Sequence record: SRR22947727_548
Length of the DNA stretch: 40,914 nt
Direction: 5' to 3' (one strand)
The notes beneath the pieces were generated by a model, which saw only the letters and a list, made by a program, of their open reading frames with translations, was not told the DNA's origin and searched no databases. Below, in pieces: positions 1 to 9,166 of the stretch. How positions within the stretch are numbered: the stretch's first letter is position 1; each line of letters opens with the position of its first letter. Both the position numbers and the translations under genes were made by a program.

Positions 1-1065
1 TTGTGGAATTGGTGTAACTGCTCTTGTATTTAAATCTAAAGTCATCTTAACTTCTTCGTTTTCATTAGCGGTCATTGTTAAAGTATTAACACGATTTCCT
101 CTTGCTACCCGAACAAAGTTTAAATCTTCAGCATCACCATCTTGGTCTGCTTGGAAATTGTTTGCTACATCTTTTGTCAATGAATATTCAAGAGCAAATG
201 ATGGCAAATGTGCGCCATTAGTTTCTGCAAATTTATAAGTAATAAATCCACCTGTTGCAGCAATATGCCCATTAGTAGTAGGAATAGCGTCTAAATCTCC
301 TACTGTATCATCAACAGTAAATAACAAAGGAGGAACTAAATGAGTTCCTCCACTTACACTATTTGCTCGATAAATAAACGGCCCTTCGTCAATATGAGAA
401 GTAGAAGAAGTGCCATGAAAATACATTCCTCCGTGAGTTCCTACATGATAAGATGCAGGGTGTTCGGAAGTAACTGCATTAGCGACTGTTAATTCAGTGC
501 ATTTACCTAAAGCATAATAAAGCCAAGTAACCTGATTACAAACTAATGCAAGATTACCACCGGAAGCAGTTTCAATGCCTTTGTATTGGTGAGTAAAATT
601 TCGAGAGCCACCGAGAGAAAGATTCAATTGTTTCATTTCAACTTCAATGTTTGGAAAAGAAGCAGTTTCAATTAAACCAAGCCAATTATCAGCATGTAGT
701 CTTGTTTTGCCTGTTCCGTCATTATCGGAATCGGGAGCAGGACAAGGTGCGCCATATGCTCTTAATACAAACTCATCACCGCTTGCTACTGCTTCACTAA
801 TTGCAGGAGTAATTGTAAAGGTATCATGGTCGTTTTCAGTAATTGTATGCGAAGAAGTATAATTTCCGCTATCGGAAGCATTATAAAAATCTAAAGTGCA
901 TCCAATATACATATTTGGAACAAGTTGAAACTGAACTGCATTAGTTGTTTCAATTTGAATTTCTGTTGTGCTTGTTCCTTCTGCTTTAAAATAAAAGTCC
1001 AATTCTGGAACTAAAGTCATTGATGCGCCGCTACCTAAAAATATACTACTGTTTTCTACTGCCAT
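1..1065 (-). CDS. Putative major tail (tail tube) protein, 3' end truncated by window edge
   Basis: Not in the ORF track because it has no stop in the window. Read manually from ATG at 1065 (AAGGAGAG upstream): MAVENSSIFLGSGASMTLVPELDFYF...LPSFALEYSL...RVARGNRVNTLTMTANENEEVKMTLDL, open to position 1. Beta-rich T/G/A composition and position after adaptor/terminator genes fit a tail tube. Confidence 0.6.
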   Translation of the reverse strand, partial: MAVENSSIFLGSGASMTLVPELDFYFKAEGTSTTEIQIETTNAVQFQLVPNMYIGCTLDFYNASDSGNYTSSHTITENDHDTFTITPAISEAVASGDEFVLRAYGAPCPAPDSDNDGTGKTRLHADNWLGLIETASFPNIEVEMKQLNLSLGGSRNFTHQYKGIETASGGNLALVCNQVTWLYYALGKCTELTVANAVTSEHPASYHVGTHGGMYFHGTSSTSHIDEGPFIYRANSVSGGTHLVPPLLFTVDDTVGDLDAIPTTNGHIAATGGFITYKFAETNGAHLPSFALEYSLTKDVANNFQADQDGDAEDLNFVRVARGNRVNTLTMTANENEEVKMTLDLNTRAVTPIPQ

Positions 1066-1095
1066 GTTATCTCTCTCCTTTCCTTTACAAACTTA

Positions 1096-1605
1096 CTAAG
1101 GGAGTGTTAATGCGAATCTTTTTGTTTCTACTGATAATTTATAGCCGAATAGACGCTTACTACGGTCATTACTTTCACTTCTTGAACCTACGAATAATTG
1201 ATTGAATTTAGACCCATCACTCGCTGTATATCCTGTTCGGCTACGCTCAAGTGCATGACGAGCGACCAAGTATAAAGCCCTTAGCCTATCCCTGCCAAAA
1301 TTAGCATCAGTTCCAGCCCTTTCATCGTGAATGGTTCTTATATGCATAGTAAATGAATAGGTTTCATTCCTAACATCAAAGTTGGTAGTAGGGTATTCTA
1401 TGTTTTGGGAATCCTCAAAGAAGATAATAACATCTTTAGCAGTTAAATCATATCGAACGCCTTTATTCTTTTGTAATGTTCTTACATCAACAAAGTTTGG
1501 AATAGCAACATGGTCTGCTGTAATCGTCCCCGCACTTTGTAAAGTAGTCGCAGAAGACGACCAATTACTGCTAACTAAATCTATGAGAAGGCTGACTTCA
1601 TCCAT
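1096..1605 (-). CDS. Putative tail terminator / tail completion protein
   Basis: 169-aa ORF with GGAG RBS, directly upstream of the tail-tube gene. Size and synteny fit; function is positional inference. Confidence 0.45.
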   Translation of the reverse strand: MDEVSLLIDLVSSNWSSSATTLQSAGTITADHVAIPNFVDVRTLQKNKGVRYDLTAKDVIIFFEDSQNIEYPTTNFDVRNETYSFTMHIRTIHDERAGTDANFGRDRLRALYLVARHALERSRTGYTASDGSKFNQLFVGSRSESNDRSKRLFGYKLSVETKRFALTLP

Positions 1606-1796
1606 TTATTCAACTCCTTTTCTATTTTTTTATTAAAATTTTTTGCAAAATTTTCTTCTGCATTTTTTCTTATTTCTTCATCACTAAATGTAATGTCTAT
1701 TCCTAGTATTTCCGAAAGTTCTTGTAGTGCTAACTGCCGTTCCTTTTCTATATCCAAATAGTGTTGGAACTCTTTAATGCCAATTTTAGAAAACAT
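1581..1796 (-). CDS. Hypothetical protein (neck region)
   Basis: 71-aa ORF filling the gap between adaptor and terminator on the coding strand. Confidence 0.55.
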   Translation of the reverse strand: MFSKIGIKEFQHYLDIEKERQLALQELSEILGIDITFSDEEIRKNAEENFAKNFNKKIEKELNKWMKSAFS

Positions 1797-1797
1797 A

Positions 1798-2916
1798 TTA
1801 ATCTAATAAGAAAACCATGTCGGCCTTGCCCTTGAGTATATCGTATGCTTCCTTTGTGAGTATATCATACTTTTCCTTCGTCGAGATGTTGCCGCCTGTT
1901 TCAGCGATTAGAATCGTTTGGTCGTCATGTCTAAGTAATTCAGCCGCAACGAGCATAGTAGCCGCTTTGTGAATTGCAGATGGAACACGATTACTACCTG
2001 CAATATAGGTACAAATGATTGAATTTTGTGTATGGTAAGGATAGTCCCTTAAGAAGAAAATGCGCCCCTCATCCCCTATACTCCAAAAAGAACCAAGCCT
2101 CTTCATATCTTGCATATCAGTGAACACAACTGAATCAGTGCTTGAGGTTTCACCCGCCTTATCTGCAAGGGTGATGGTACAATATGAGCCGTCTTCTCCT
2201 GCTAAAAGGCTAGAAATGTTCACTTTGTTGCCGTTATCGGGGTCTGTGCTGGCATAGAAGAAATCACTTATGTTAAGGCCATTAGGTGAAGAAGTCAATA
2301 CTTTATCCCTTGTTGCTCCTGTGAACTGTGCTGTCTTTGAAGGATATTCTTCGTTAATTAAATGACAAATCTCTTGAGCAGTTGTTTTTGAACCAAAACC
2401 ATTATGGAATGTATTATGTGCGGCTAATGAACCTTCACCATGATGATACAATACCCAAGAATCTCCACTGTTAGGTAATTGTAATGTAATGCTTCTTAAA
2501 TTTTTATATCCTGTTGTATCAAGGGTTAAACTCGCTTGGGCAGAAGCAAGTTCAAGATAACTGTTTCCTTGCCAAACTTGTAACGAAATAACCTTCTTTA
2601 GTTTCAAAGTATCTAATTGAACAAAACCTACATAGCCACCATAATAAGATTGCATTGGGTGTCTAATAAATTCAAAGTTGTGAAATTCATTTCTATAAAT
2701 AATTGGTCGATAAGAACGCTTTACTTTATCATCAATGATACCTTCAATGTTTTTAATGATTGAACCCACTTGTGCTTGAGTTGGATAAGTTGAGGTAGAA
2801 AATGCTGGAACTTGTAGCATATCTGATACTGCACCTTTATCAGTATAATATCCACTACCTGTTGAATAATCAACATTGATTGCAGTATAGTCGCTTGGGG
2901 AAGATGCAATTGCCAT
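1798..2916 (-). CDS. Putative head-tail adaptor (SPP1 gp15/HK97 gp6-like) with an inserted domain
   Basis: C-terminal TYIAG...VPSAIHKAATMLVAAELL is typical of adaptors, with an N-terminal YYTDKGAVSDML helix. ATG at 2916 follows a GGTGA RBS. Confidence 0.6.
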   Translation of the reverse strand: MAIASSPSDYTAINVDYSTGSGYYTDKGAVSDMLQVPAFSTSTYPTQAQVGSIIKNIEGIIDDKVKRSYRPIIYRNEFHNFEFIRHPMQSYYGGYVGFVQLDTLKLKKVISLQVWQGNSYLELASAQASLTLDTTGYKNLRSITLQLPNSGDSWVLYHHGEGSLAAHNTFHNGFGSKTTAQEICHLINEEYPSKTAQFTGATRDKVLTSSPNGLNISDFFYASTDPDNGNKVNISSLLAGEDGSYCTITLADKAGETSSTDSVVFTDMQDMKRLGSFWSIGDEGRIFFLRDYPYHTQNSIICTYIAGSNRVPSAIHKAATMLVAAELLRHDDQTILIAETGGNISTKEKYDILTKEAYDILKGKADMVFLLD

Positions 2917-2917
2917 T

Positions 2918-4972
2918 TTAATCACCAATAATACTCTTGAGTCTTTTTATTCTTTTTGCCATCCAAGCAAATACCTTTGAAATTTTGCTTGCGTCTGTGC
3001 TTGACATTGGTTTTCCCTTTTCTCCAACATTTACTATTGATTGATAAGATGGTTCCATAGCGGCCTTTCCCATATTAACTGCGAGAGTGCTTTTTAAAAG
3101 AATATTGATAGGTTTAGCCAACTTGTAAGTATATTTTTTTGCATCTTTTATTTTTTCCAGACTGTCTAATTCGTTGCCATCTTCATCTTTGGGCCACTCT
3201 TCTATCTCTTCACCAAAAATATTAGAAATAATTTGCCATTTTTCTTCACCTTTCTTATCTTCCCATTGTTCCTTTGCTTTAAATACATTTTCCCATAGTT
3301 TAATTTCATATTTGGGGAAGAGTGGCTTTTCTTCCCTTGTGACTTGTATGCTACCTTCATAAATGCCATCAATGTCGTTAACATAAGGAGTAAAGTATTT
3401 TTTTCCTTCGGTTTCAATATTATCAAATAATTCCTTTAATTTTTTCTTATTGTATCTTTCTTTAAATGGAACACTTTGCCCGAATTTTCCGAATTTGACT
3501 TTGCCTCCTGTTGCTATTCGGGAACTTTCTTTCCCATCTGCTATCTTCTTTGCATTGGCTTTTAACTTTTTTTCTTCTTTCTTAAGGTTTTTTAATGTTT
3601 CTTTTATTTCGTCATAAACTTCAGCAAGGTTTCTTGAATATAATTCCTTTTTCGCCTCTAAACTTGTATCTATTGCTTTTTTTACTACTTTGTAGAACCT
3701 TTCTCTAAGGTTGTCTTTTTTTGAACTTGCTTTTTCACCGTCTAATAACTTTTTAGTTTCAAGTAAATTATATTTTTCAGGAGTTAAATCAAAAACTTTC
3801 ATTTGGTCAAATAACTCTTTGTATATTTTATCTGCATTTTTTCCAGATGCCCTTAAAAAATCATAAAGATTATTAATTGTAGAATTATAAGAATTAATTT
3901 CATCCGAAACTTCTTTAAATTCATCCATAGATTTAATTCTATATCCATTTGATGATAATACTTTTAGGGGTTTTTCTGCTTGAACATCAAATTTAGTATC
4001 TAAGGTTTGAATATCCTTCTTCTCTTCTGTTTCTGGGTCAGTTGTAGTTAAATTATCAAGCAATAAACTCAAAGTGTTTAATGATTGTTCTATCAATTTA
4101 AATTTAGTTTTTTCTTTTAGAGAAATTTCGGAAACAATTTTCTTTTCATTAGAATCATCTCTTGGACCTAATTGCATTTCTCCTTTATCGCCTCTAACAG
4201 TGGTTAATTCTCCAGAACTACTACCAGCACTTAGCGCATATTTTTTTCCTTTTTCGGGTTCTCCTAGTGTCCGTGTAATTTGAGGAATACCTTTTGATGA
4301 GCGCGCTAAATTTTTCTTTTTTGTAATTTGTTTAATTCCAGTAAAACCAATTTCAGTAATTCTTTCTATTTTATCTTTAGCAATATCTTCAAATATTATT
4401 TCATTTAAAGTCTTACCTACTCCAATATCTAAACCTGTTCTTACCTTTACGATTTTATCATAATAATTATCAAAGTTATCTCCTGTATCTGTACCTTTAT
4501 CCCATCCATCTTCTAAAGCATAAAGTGGTTCTCTTGCAGAACCTTTAGCACCCAAAACTCTTTCTCTTTTAGTTTCATCAAGTATATCAATAACTTTAAT
4601 ATCTCTATTACGACTAAGCATATCACCAAATGGATTTTCATTATTGTCCTTTGAAGTCCTTAATTTATTTTGAAATTTTTCATTTATTTCACTAATTGGT
4701 ATATCTTGTACTTCTTTCCAAGCACTCGACAATATCTTAGAATATTTATTAGCATTAAAATTACTATTTTCTTTATTCATTTCTATCATACCTTCATTAC
4801 CTGAAAGGCTAATAGAATCATCTATTATAGAAAATAATTCATTATCTGCTAAGTAATTTCCTAATATGTATTCAAGTAATACTTTTTTTGCTGAACTTTT
4901 ATTCCACTGAAATGTAGCACTATCGGCAATTGGCCGATAAACGATAGTCATTTCATCAGACAAATGAATCAA
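2918..4972 (-). CDS. Large Lys/Glu-rich hypothetical protein
   Basis: 684-aa ORF with no recognisable motif. Start is uncertain (4972, 4963 or 4951). Confidence 0.75.
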   Translation of the reverse strand: MIHLSDEMTIVYRPIADSATFQWNKSSAKKVLLEYILGNYLADNELFSIIDDSISLSGNEGMIEMNKENSNFNANKYSKILSSAWKEVQDIPISEINEKFQNKLRTSKDNNENPFGDMLSRNRDIKVIDILDETKRERVLGAKGSAREPLYALEDGWDKGTDTGDNFDNYYDKIVKVRTGLDIGVGKTLNEIIFEDIAKDKIERITEIGFTGIKQITKKKNLARSSKGIPQITRTLGEPEKGKKYALSAGSSSGELTTVRGDKGEMQLGPRDDSNEKKIVSEISLKEKTKFKLIEQSLNTLSLLLDNLTTTDPETEEKKDIQTLDTKFDVQAEKPLKVLSSNGYRIKSMDEFKEVSDEINSYNSTINNLYDFLRASGKNADKIYKELFDQMKVFDLTPEKYNLLETKKLLDGEKASSKKDNLRERFYKVVKKAIDTSLEAKKELYSRNLAEVYDEIKETLKNLKKEEKKLKANAKKIADGKESSRIATGGKVKFGKFGQSVPFKERYNKKKLKELFDNIETEGKKYFTPYVNDIDGIYEGSIQVTREEKPLFPKYEIKLWENVFKAKEQWEDKKGEEKWQIISNIFGEEIEEWPKDEDGNELDSLEKIKDAKKYTYKLAKPINILLKSTLAVNMGKAAMEPSYQSIVNVGEKGKPMSSTDASKISKVFAWMAKRIKRLKSIIGD

Positions 4973-4973
4973 C

Positions 4974-5645
4974 TCACATTAACCATTTAGCCCAAGCCGC
5001 ACCTTTTTGAATGGCTGAACCTAAATGTAATCCACTTGAAGGAGGTTCATAACTCATTTGTCCCGTTTGTGGGTCAATCCAATAAGGACGACCATAACCA
5101 TCATTTCCACTTGGAGGAATTGGGTAGCCACTGCCGTTATTCATAGCAGATTGCCCTTGCATGAATTGTTGCTGATTGCCTGTTAAACCCGCTAATGCCA
5201 TCCCTGCGGAGGGTCCAGCAGGATTCATACCGCCACCCATACCGCCACCACTAAACCCTTGAGATTCGAGGTATTGCGACTTAGCAAGTTTCCTTTGATT
5301 CACTACTTCTGTGTTAATGGCTGATTGAAGAATCCTTTGAATATCTAAATCAATGTTCTCTTGAGTAATTCTTTCGTACTCTCTCATAGCATCAGCATCA
5401 ATAGTCATTTTTGAACCTGTTGTTGTAAAAGATAACTTAGCAAGCATTTGACTTACTACTCTTTCAACAACATCTTCCATTAATTTTTCAAGAGTGGTTA
5501 AAAAATGTTCACCGTGATATTGGAAAAACTCTTCAACATGGTTATCCTGTAAAGAAAGTAAATTATTTACAGTTTTAAATTGTGCATCGCCCTGTGCTTG
5601 AACTGCGTTCATTACTGTTCCGTTGCTTGTTCCTAATATTCCCAT
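4974..5645 (-). CDS. Hypothetical protein, helical N-half and Gly/Met/Gln-rich low-complexity C-half
   Basis: 223-aa ORF with GAGG RBS; ends in an amphipathic AAWAKWLM. Confidence 0.75.
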   Translation of the reverse strand: MGILGTSNGTVMNAVQAQGDAQFKTVNNLLSLQDNHVEEFFQYHGEHFLTTLEKLMEDVVERVVSQMLAKLSFTTTGSKMTIDADAMREYERITQENIDLDIQRILQSAINTEVVNQRKLAKSQYLESQGFSGGGMGGGMNPAGPSAGMALAGLTGNQQQFMQGQSAMNNGSGYPIPPSGNDGYGRPYWIDPQTGQMSYEPPSSGLHLGSAIQKGAAWAKWLM

Positions 5646-5647
5646 GC

Positions 5648-6277
5648 TTATTCCTCTTTATTGGCTTTTGTTATAATTGAGTTTAATCTTGCTGTATTAA
5701 CTTCTATTTCAGCAAGAAGCCTAACTACTTCTGCTCTCTCGCTCTCATTATCCTTGACTACGGGGGGCGTTATAATCCATCCGGTTGAGGTCAAAGAAAG
5801 AACTTGGTCTTTGGTTAATGTAGTTAAAGGACCGCTTTTTAACATATTAGGCATTCTTGCTTTAGGAATGAAACCTTTGAAATCTAATCCATGTTCATCT
5901 GCTAAAATTTGTTGTTGTAGCATTTCCATTTGTTTATGAATACCTGCGTGTTTTTGACAATAAGTGCCTCTCATTGGTCTTCCTTTGGTGACATTATCCA
6001 AAGGTATTGGAGGTCTTAAATAATCAGTTGCTTCCCAAACTTGGTGCATTCCACATACAACACATCTATCTTTTAAATTAAATTTATATCCATATCTGAA
6101 AATAAATTTTTTCTTTTCTGGGAGAAGAACTTTTTTAATTTCCTTTAATTGCTTCTTAGGTTTAAGAGCATCATAGGTATATTCTTCCATAGAACCTGCC
6201 GACCTAAACTGTTGTAGTTTAGGTAAAAACAATTTCTGTGTCGTCGTGTTATTTATCAAGTTTGGCTGTTGGTACAT
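5648..6277 (-). CDS. Putative zinc-binding protein
   Basis: 209 aa with CVVC...YCQKH ligand set and a C-terminal coiled coil; GAGG RBS. Confidence 0.65.
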   Translation of the reverse strand: MYQQPNLINNTTTQKLFLPKLQQFRSAGSMEEYTYDALKPKKQLKEIKKVLLPEKKKFIFRYGYKFNLKDRCVVCGMHQVWEATDYLRPPIPLDNVTKGRPMRGTYCQKHAGIHKQMEMLQQQILADEHGLDFKGFIPKARMPNMLKSGPLTTLTKDQVLSLTSTGWIITPPVVKDNESERAEVVRLLAEIEVNTARLNSIITKANKEE

Positions 6278-6295
6278 AGTTATTCCTCTTTTTGC

Positions 6296-6502
6296 TTACA
6301 ATTCCCATTCTAAATCATCTAATCCTCTTATAAATAATCTAAGTGAATCATAATTTTTTGATTTGGTGTTAAACTTATCTTTCTTCCATTTATTATATAA
6401 CATTTCTACAACCTTTGCTTCTTTAGTATCTTTTTTAATATACTCTAATACATTTTTTTTATTTATTTCTCTTGCATCGTGCTTTAGTATATTTTGCCAC
6501 AT
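6296..6502 (-). CDS. Small protein with WxxILK N-terminal tag
   Basis: 68 aa starting MWQNILKH. Confidence 0.65.
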   Translation of the reverse strand: MWQNILKHDAREINKKNVLEYIKKDTKEAKVVEMLYNKWKKDKFNTKSKNYDSLRLFIRGLDDLEWEL

Positions 6503-6506
6503 AATA

Positions 6507-7175
6507 TCAATAATCCTTTATCAGTGTAGTAATTCCTTTATAGACCATTTCGGGGTCAGATTTTGCAGAAACAATGTATTTGAATGTAGGTATTCCTTTA
6601 TCATTTAGTTGTCTCATTCCGTACTTAAATGGTTCATAAATGTCATGCTTGTCAATTGCTTGTCCTTCTCTTAGTGGATATTTTTCTCCCCATATATCGT
6701 ATTTGTTGGCCCAAATGCTAACTGCCATAGGGTAATCGTTATCTTTTTTCTTTTTACCATTGGGCCATCTGTTTGACATGATTGTATCTACTAAAAATTT
6801 CCAAGCAAGTTGGTGGTCTAAGTTTGAAGGTGAATCTAAGTGCCTATGGTCTATCATAAAAATAATGTATCTTACTTTGCGGGATTTCATATCCTTAACC
6901 CATTCTTTCCAATACATCGCTTCTCCGCCAATATCTGCACTTTTTAATGTGTGGGAATCTCCATCAAATTTAATTACTTTTCTTGTTGCTCTTTCTAATC
7001 CAACTGTTCTTCTGTTGATTTGCTGAACTTCGCCTCTCGTTCTTAATTGATGGCTTAGGGTTGTTTTACCTACCATTGTTGAACCATAGACTCCAAAGTT
7101 AATTGCATGAACTTTTTTATAAAACGAAACTACTGCTTCTGTAATTAAGATTGCGAAACCAGCCATTACTGACAT
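6507..7175 (-). CDS. Ras-superfamily (Arf/Arl-like) small GTPase
   Basis: All five G boxes are visible: G1 GSTMVGKTT, G2 RTVG, G3 DIGG, G4 NKYD, G5 SAK. IIFMID strand and a hydrophobic N-terminal helix are also present. Confidence 0.85.
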   Translation of the reverse strand: MSVMAGFAILITEAVVSFYKKVHAINFGVYGSTMVGKTTLSHQLRTRGEVQQINRRTVGLERATRKVIKFDGDSHTLKSADIGGEAMYWKEWVKDMKSRKVRYIIFMIDHRHLDSPSNLDHQLAWKFLVDTIMSNRWPNGKKKKDNDYPMAVSIWANKYDIWGEKYPLREGQAIDKHDIYEPFKYGMRQLNDKGIPTFKYIVSAKSDPEMVYKGITTLIKDY

Positions 7176-7400
7176 TCAATGGCCTCCAAATAAAGATTTA
7201 AATAATTCAAAAATACTACCCATTATACTAATATCTAAGACTACTCCTAGAATATTACCTACTAAGAAAAAAAATAGAGTGGAGCAACCGCCCCAAAACC
7301 ACGCTCTCATCTTAATAAAAAACAAATCAGCAGAATGCGCCCTTTGTTGATTGTATGCGTAATCCGAGTCGGAAAAACCCATTAAATCACTAAGAACCAT
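7176..7400 (-). CDS. Small membrane protein
   Basis: 74 aa with hydrophobic FWGGCSTLFFFLVGNILGVVL followed by an amphipathic helix; GAGGTGA RBS. Confidence 0.7.
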   Translation of the reverse strand: MVLSDLMGFSDSDYAYNQQRAHSADLFFIKMRAWFWGGCSTLFFFLVGNILGVVLDISIMGSIFELFKSLFGGH

Positions 7401-7409
7401 TCAATCACC

Positions 7410-7823
7410 TCATTGTTGAATAGTCGCCAAAAATTCGTTTGGAATTTGGCTTTCTTCAAATGAAGCGGTTGGGGTTTCGGGATAAACATTATTCCATGCT
7501 TCCCTCTTATTTACTCCGTATTGTTTCATACTTTCACGAAGTTTCTGTCTAATTTGTTGTTCTCTTGCTACACGCTGAAAGTGTGCTTCAATCTGCCTAT
7601 CCAATAAGCGTATTTCAATCTTATCATTAAGTGATAAGTCAAATAGTGCTTTCATAACCATGATTCCACCAACCGTAATCAATCCGAAAAGAACTGAATG
7701 TGCTATTGGCGTATATGGAAAGTTAAGACCATAGGCTGAATAGAAATACACATTTGCTCCGCTAATGGTTCCGACAAAAAGAATTGTCATAACTAATCGA
7801 GTATCGTTGTTTAATGCCGCCAT
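7410..7823 (-). CDS. Two-TM membrane protein with cytoplasmic coiled coil (holin-like topology)
   Basis: 137 aa with two hydrophobic segments, then a Q/R/E-rich coiled coil; GAGGTGA RBS. Confidence 0.65.
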   Translation of the reverse strand: MAALNNDTRLVMTILFVGTISGANVYFYSAYGLNFPYTPIAHSVLFGLITVGGIMVMKALFDLSLNDKIEIRLLDRQIEAHFQRVAREQQIRQKLRESMKQYGVNKREAWNNVYPETPTASFEESQIPNEFLATIQQ

Positions 7824-7832
7824 TAAATCACC

Positions 7833-8108
7833 TCAAGCAAATTCAATAGAAACTTCCATAGCACCGGAGGCTTCTTCCAAATAAATACCATTTCTGCATA
7901 ATACTCCATGCATATCAAATTCTAAAACTTGGTCGGGTTGCATTGTTATTCTTGCAACTTCCTTTCCACTTGCGGCTGTATTATCATAGACCTTAATTAC
8001 TGTTGGCGCACCAACGGAACAAGCATGAATTGAAATCAATTTTGCTTGTCCACTCACAATTAAGGCACTTGCTGTTTTAACACCACTACTTCTGCAACCT
8101 GCTACCAT
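7833..8108 (-). CDS. Small beta-rich putative virion protein
   Basis: 91 aa, GGTGA RBS, downstream of the capsid cluster. Confidence 0.6.
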   Translation of the reverse strand: MVAGCRSSGVKTASALIVSGQAKLISIHACSVGAPTVIKVYDNTAASGKEVARITMQPDQVLEFDMHGVLCRNGIYLEEASGAMEVSIEFA

Positions 8109-8130
8109 TGAATCACCTTCGTTGTTTAGA

Positions 8131-8154
8131 GCAGGTTTGCCCTGCCTATTTAAT
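8131..8154 (-). promoter_or_regulatory. Possible TATA-like element (TTAAATA) followed by a short GCAGG/CCTGC hairpin upstream of 8108
   Basis: Lies in one of very few intergenic gaps; 5-bp stem at 8131-8145. Confidence 0.3.
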
Positions 8155-8169
8155 GTGTCGGTCTAATCA

Positions 8170-8514
8170 CTACTTTAAGGAAGACTTCGGCTTACTTACA
8201 GCCTTAGTTTTCTTAAGTGGTGACTTTGGAAGGATTTTTTTCTTCGGAGTTGGTAGAAGTTCTTCAAGCAATTCCTTGCTAGTTAAACTTTCTTTACCCA
8301 TTTCTTTAGAAAAGATTCCTAAAAACCTTTCATTCAAGTTGGACAATTCTTCCTTGTCTTCTTCATCAAAAGTAAAGAAAAGATTCGGGTCAGAAAGACG
8401 GATAACCGCCCATTTTAGTGGAACGGCTACCCCATCTTCCCTTGTAATCTCTTGCTTTGGATTGATGTAAAGCCGACGAACTGATGAATTATCACTTAAT
8501 CGAACTCTTACCAT
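8170..8514 (-). CDS. Hypothetical protein with basic C-terminal tail
   Basis: 114 aa, GAGGTGA RBS, K/P/S-rich end. Confidence 0.7.
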   Translation of the reverse strand: MVRVRLSDNSSVRRLYINPKQEITREDGVAVPLKWAVIRLSDPNLFFTFDEEDKEELSNLNERFLGIFSKEMGKESLTSKELLEELLPTPKKKILPKSPLKKTKAVSKPKSSLK

Positions 8515-8524
8515 TTAATTCACC

Positions 8525-8881
8525 TCAAATAAGGCCCCAAGCACGAACTCGGACAGCACACGCAGGGTCGGCATCATTAGCCACTGTTGCGTTTGTTCCG
8601 TCTAAAGCCGTGAACATCAACTTAAATGAACTTGTTGATGTATAGGTTCCTGTGTCTGATGTAAGAATTGATGGAACATGAGCGTTTGCACCCTCGGTTC
8701 CACAAATTGTCACGCAATGAATTGATGATAGTCCGAGGTCGGAAGCATTAATTGTTGCTCCTGCCGCTACATGGGAAGTCACATCAATTAAAGCATCAAC
8801 GACATATTCATCACCTACTGCCTTTGGTCGTGTATTGCCCTTATGGTCGGGCAATAAAGTTGTTGTAAATGCTAGTGCCAA
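8525..8881 (-). CDS. Putative capsid decoration / head fibre protein
   Basis: 118 aa, A/T-rich beta composition, second gene after MCP; GAGGTG RBS. Confidence 0.5.
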   Translation of the reverse strand: MALAFTTTLLPDHKGNTRPKAVGDEYVVDALIDVTSHVAAGATINASDLGLSSIHCVTICGTEGANAHVPSILTSDTGTYTSTSSFKLMFTALDGTNATVANDADPACAVRVRAWGLI

Positions 8882-8891
8882 TTAAAACACC

Positions 8892-9155
8892 TCACTGTCC
8901 GATTGCTTGGAAATAAACAACATCGCCGCTTGTGCATTTAATTGCTATATCGCCGCTTGCTAGCGGTAGATTAGCATTAACAGTAGCCGCCGCCGCTTCT
9001 ACTGCCGCACCTTTATGGGTAAAAACAAGGCTTTCGACTAAAGAAAGTCCTGTTTCAATGTTTCCATCTGTTCCGTCTGTTGTGGTTTGTCCACACACTA
9101 ATTTTCTGTTTCCTTCTAAATTCATCTCTAAATGTATTACTGTTGCAAATGCCAT
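8892..9155 (-). CDS. Putative capsid decoration protein
   Basis: 87 aa immediately after MCP, similar in style to the neighbouring 118-aa ORF (IETGLS vs SDLGLS; AIG vs AWG ends). Confidence 0.5.
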   Translation of the reverse strand: MAFATVIHLEMNLEGNRKLVCGQTTTDGTDGNIETGLSLVESLVFTHKGAAVEAAAATVNANLPLASGDIAIKCTSGDVVYFQAIGQ

Positions 9156-9166
9156 TCTAAATCACC

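Noticed and set aside
5200-5260. CCACC/CCGCC short repeats
   Set aside because: They simply encode the GGGGMGGGM low-complexity stretch.
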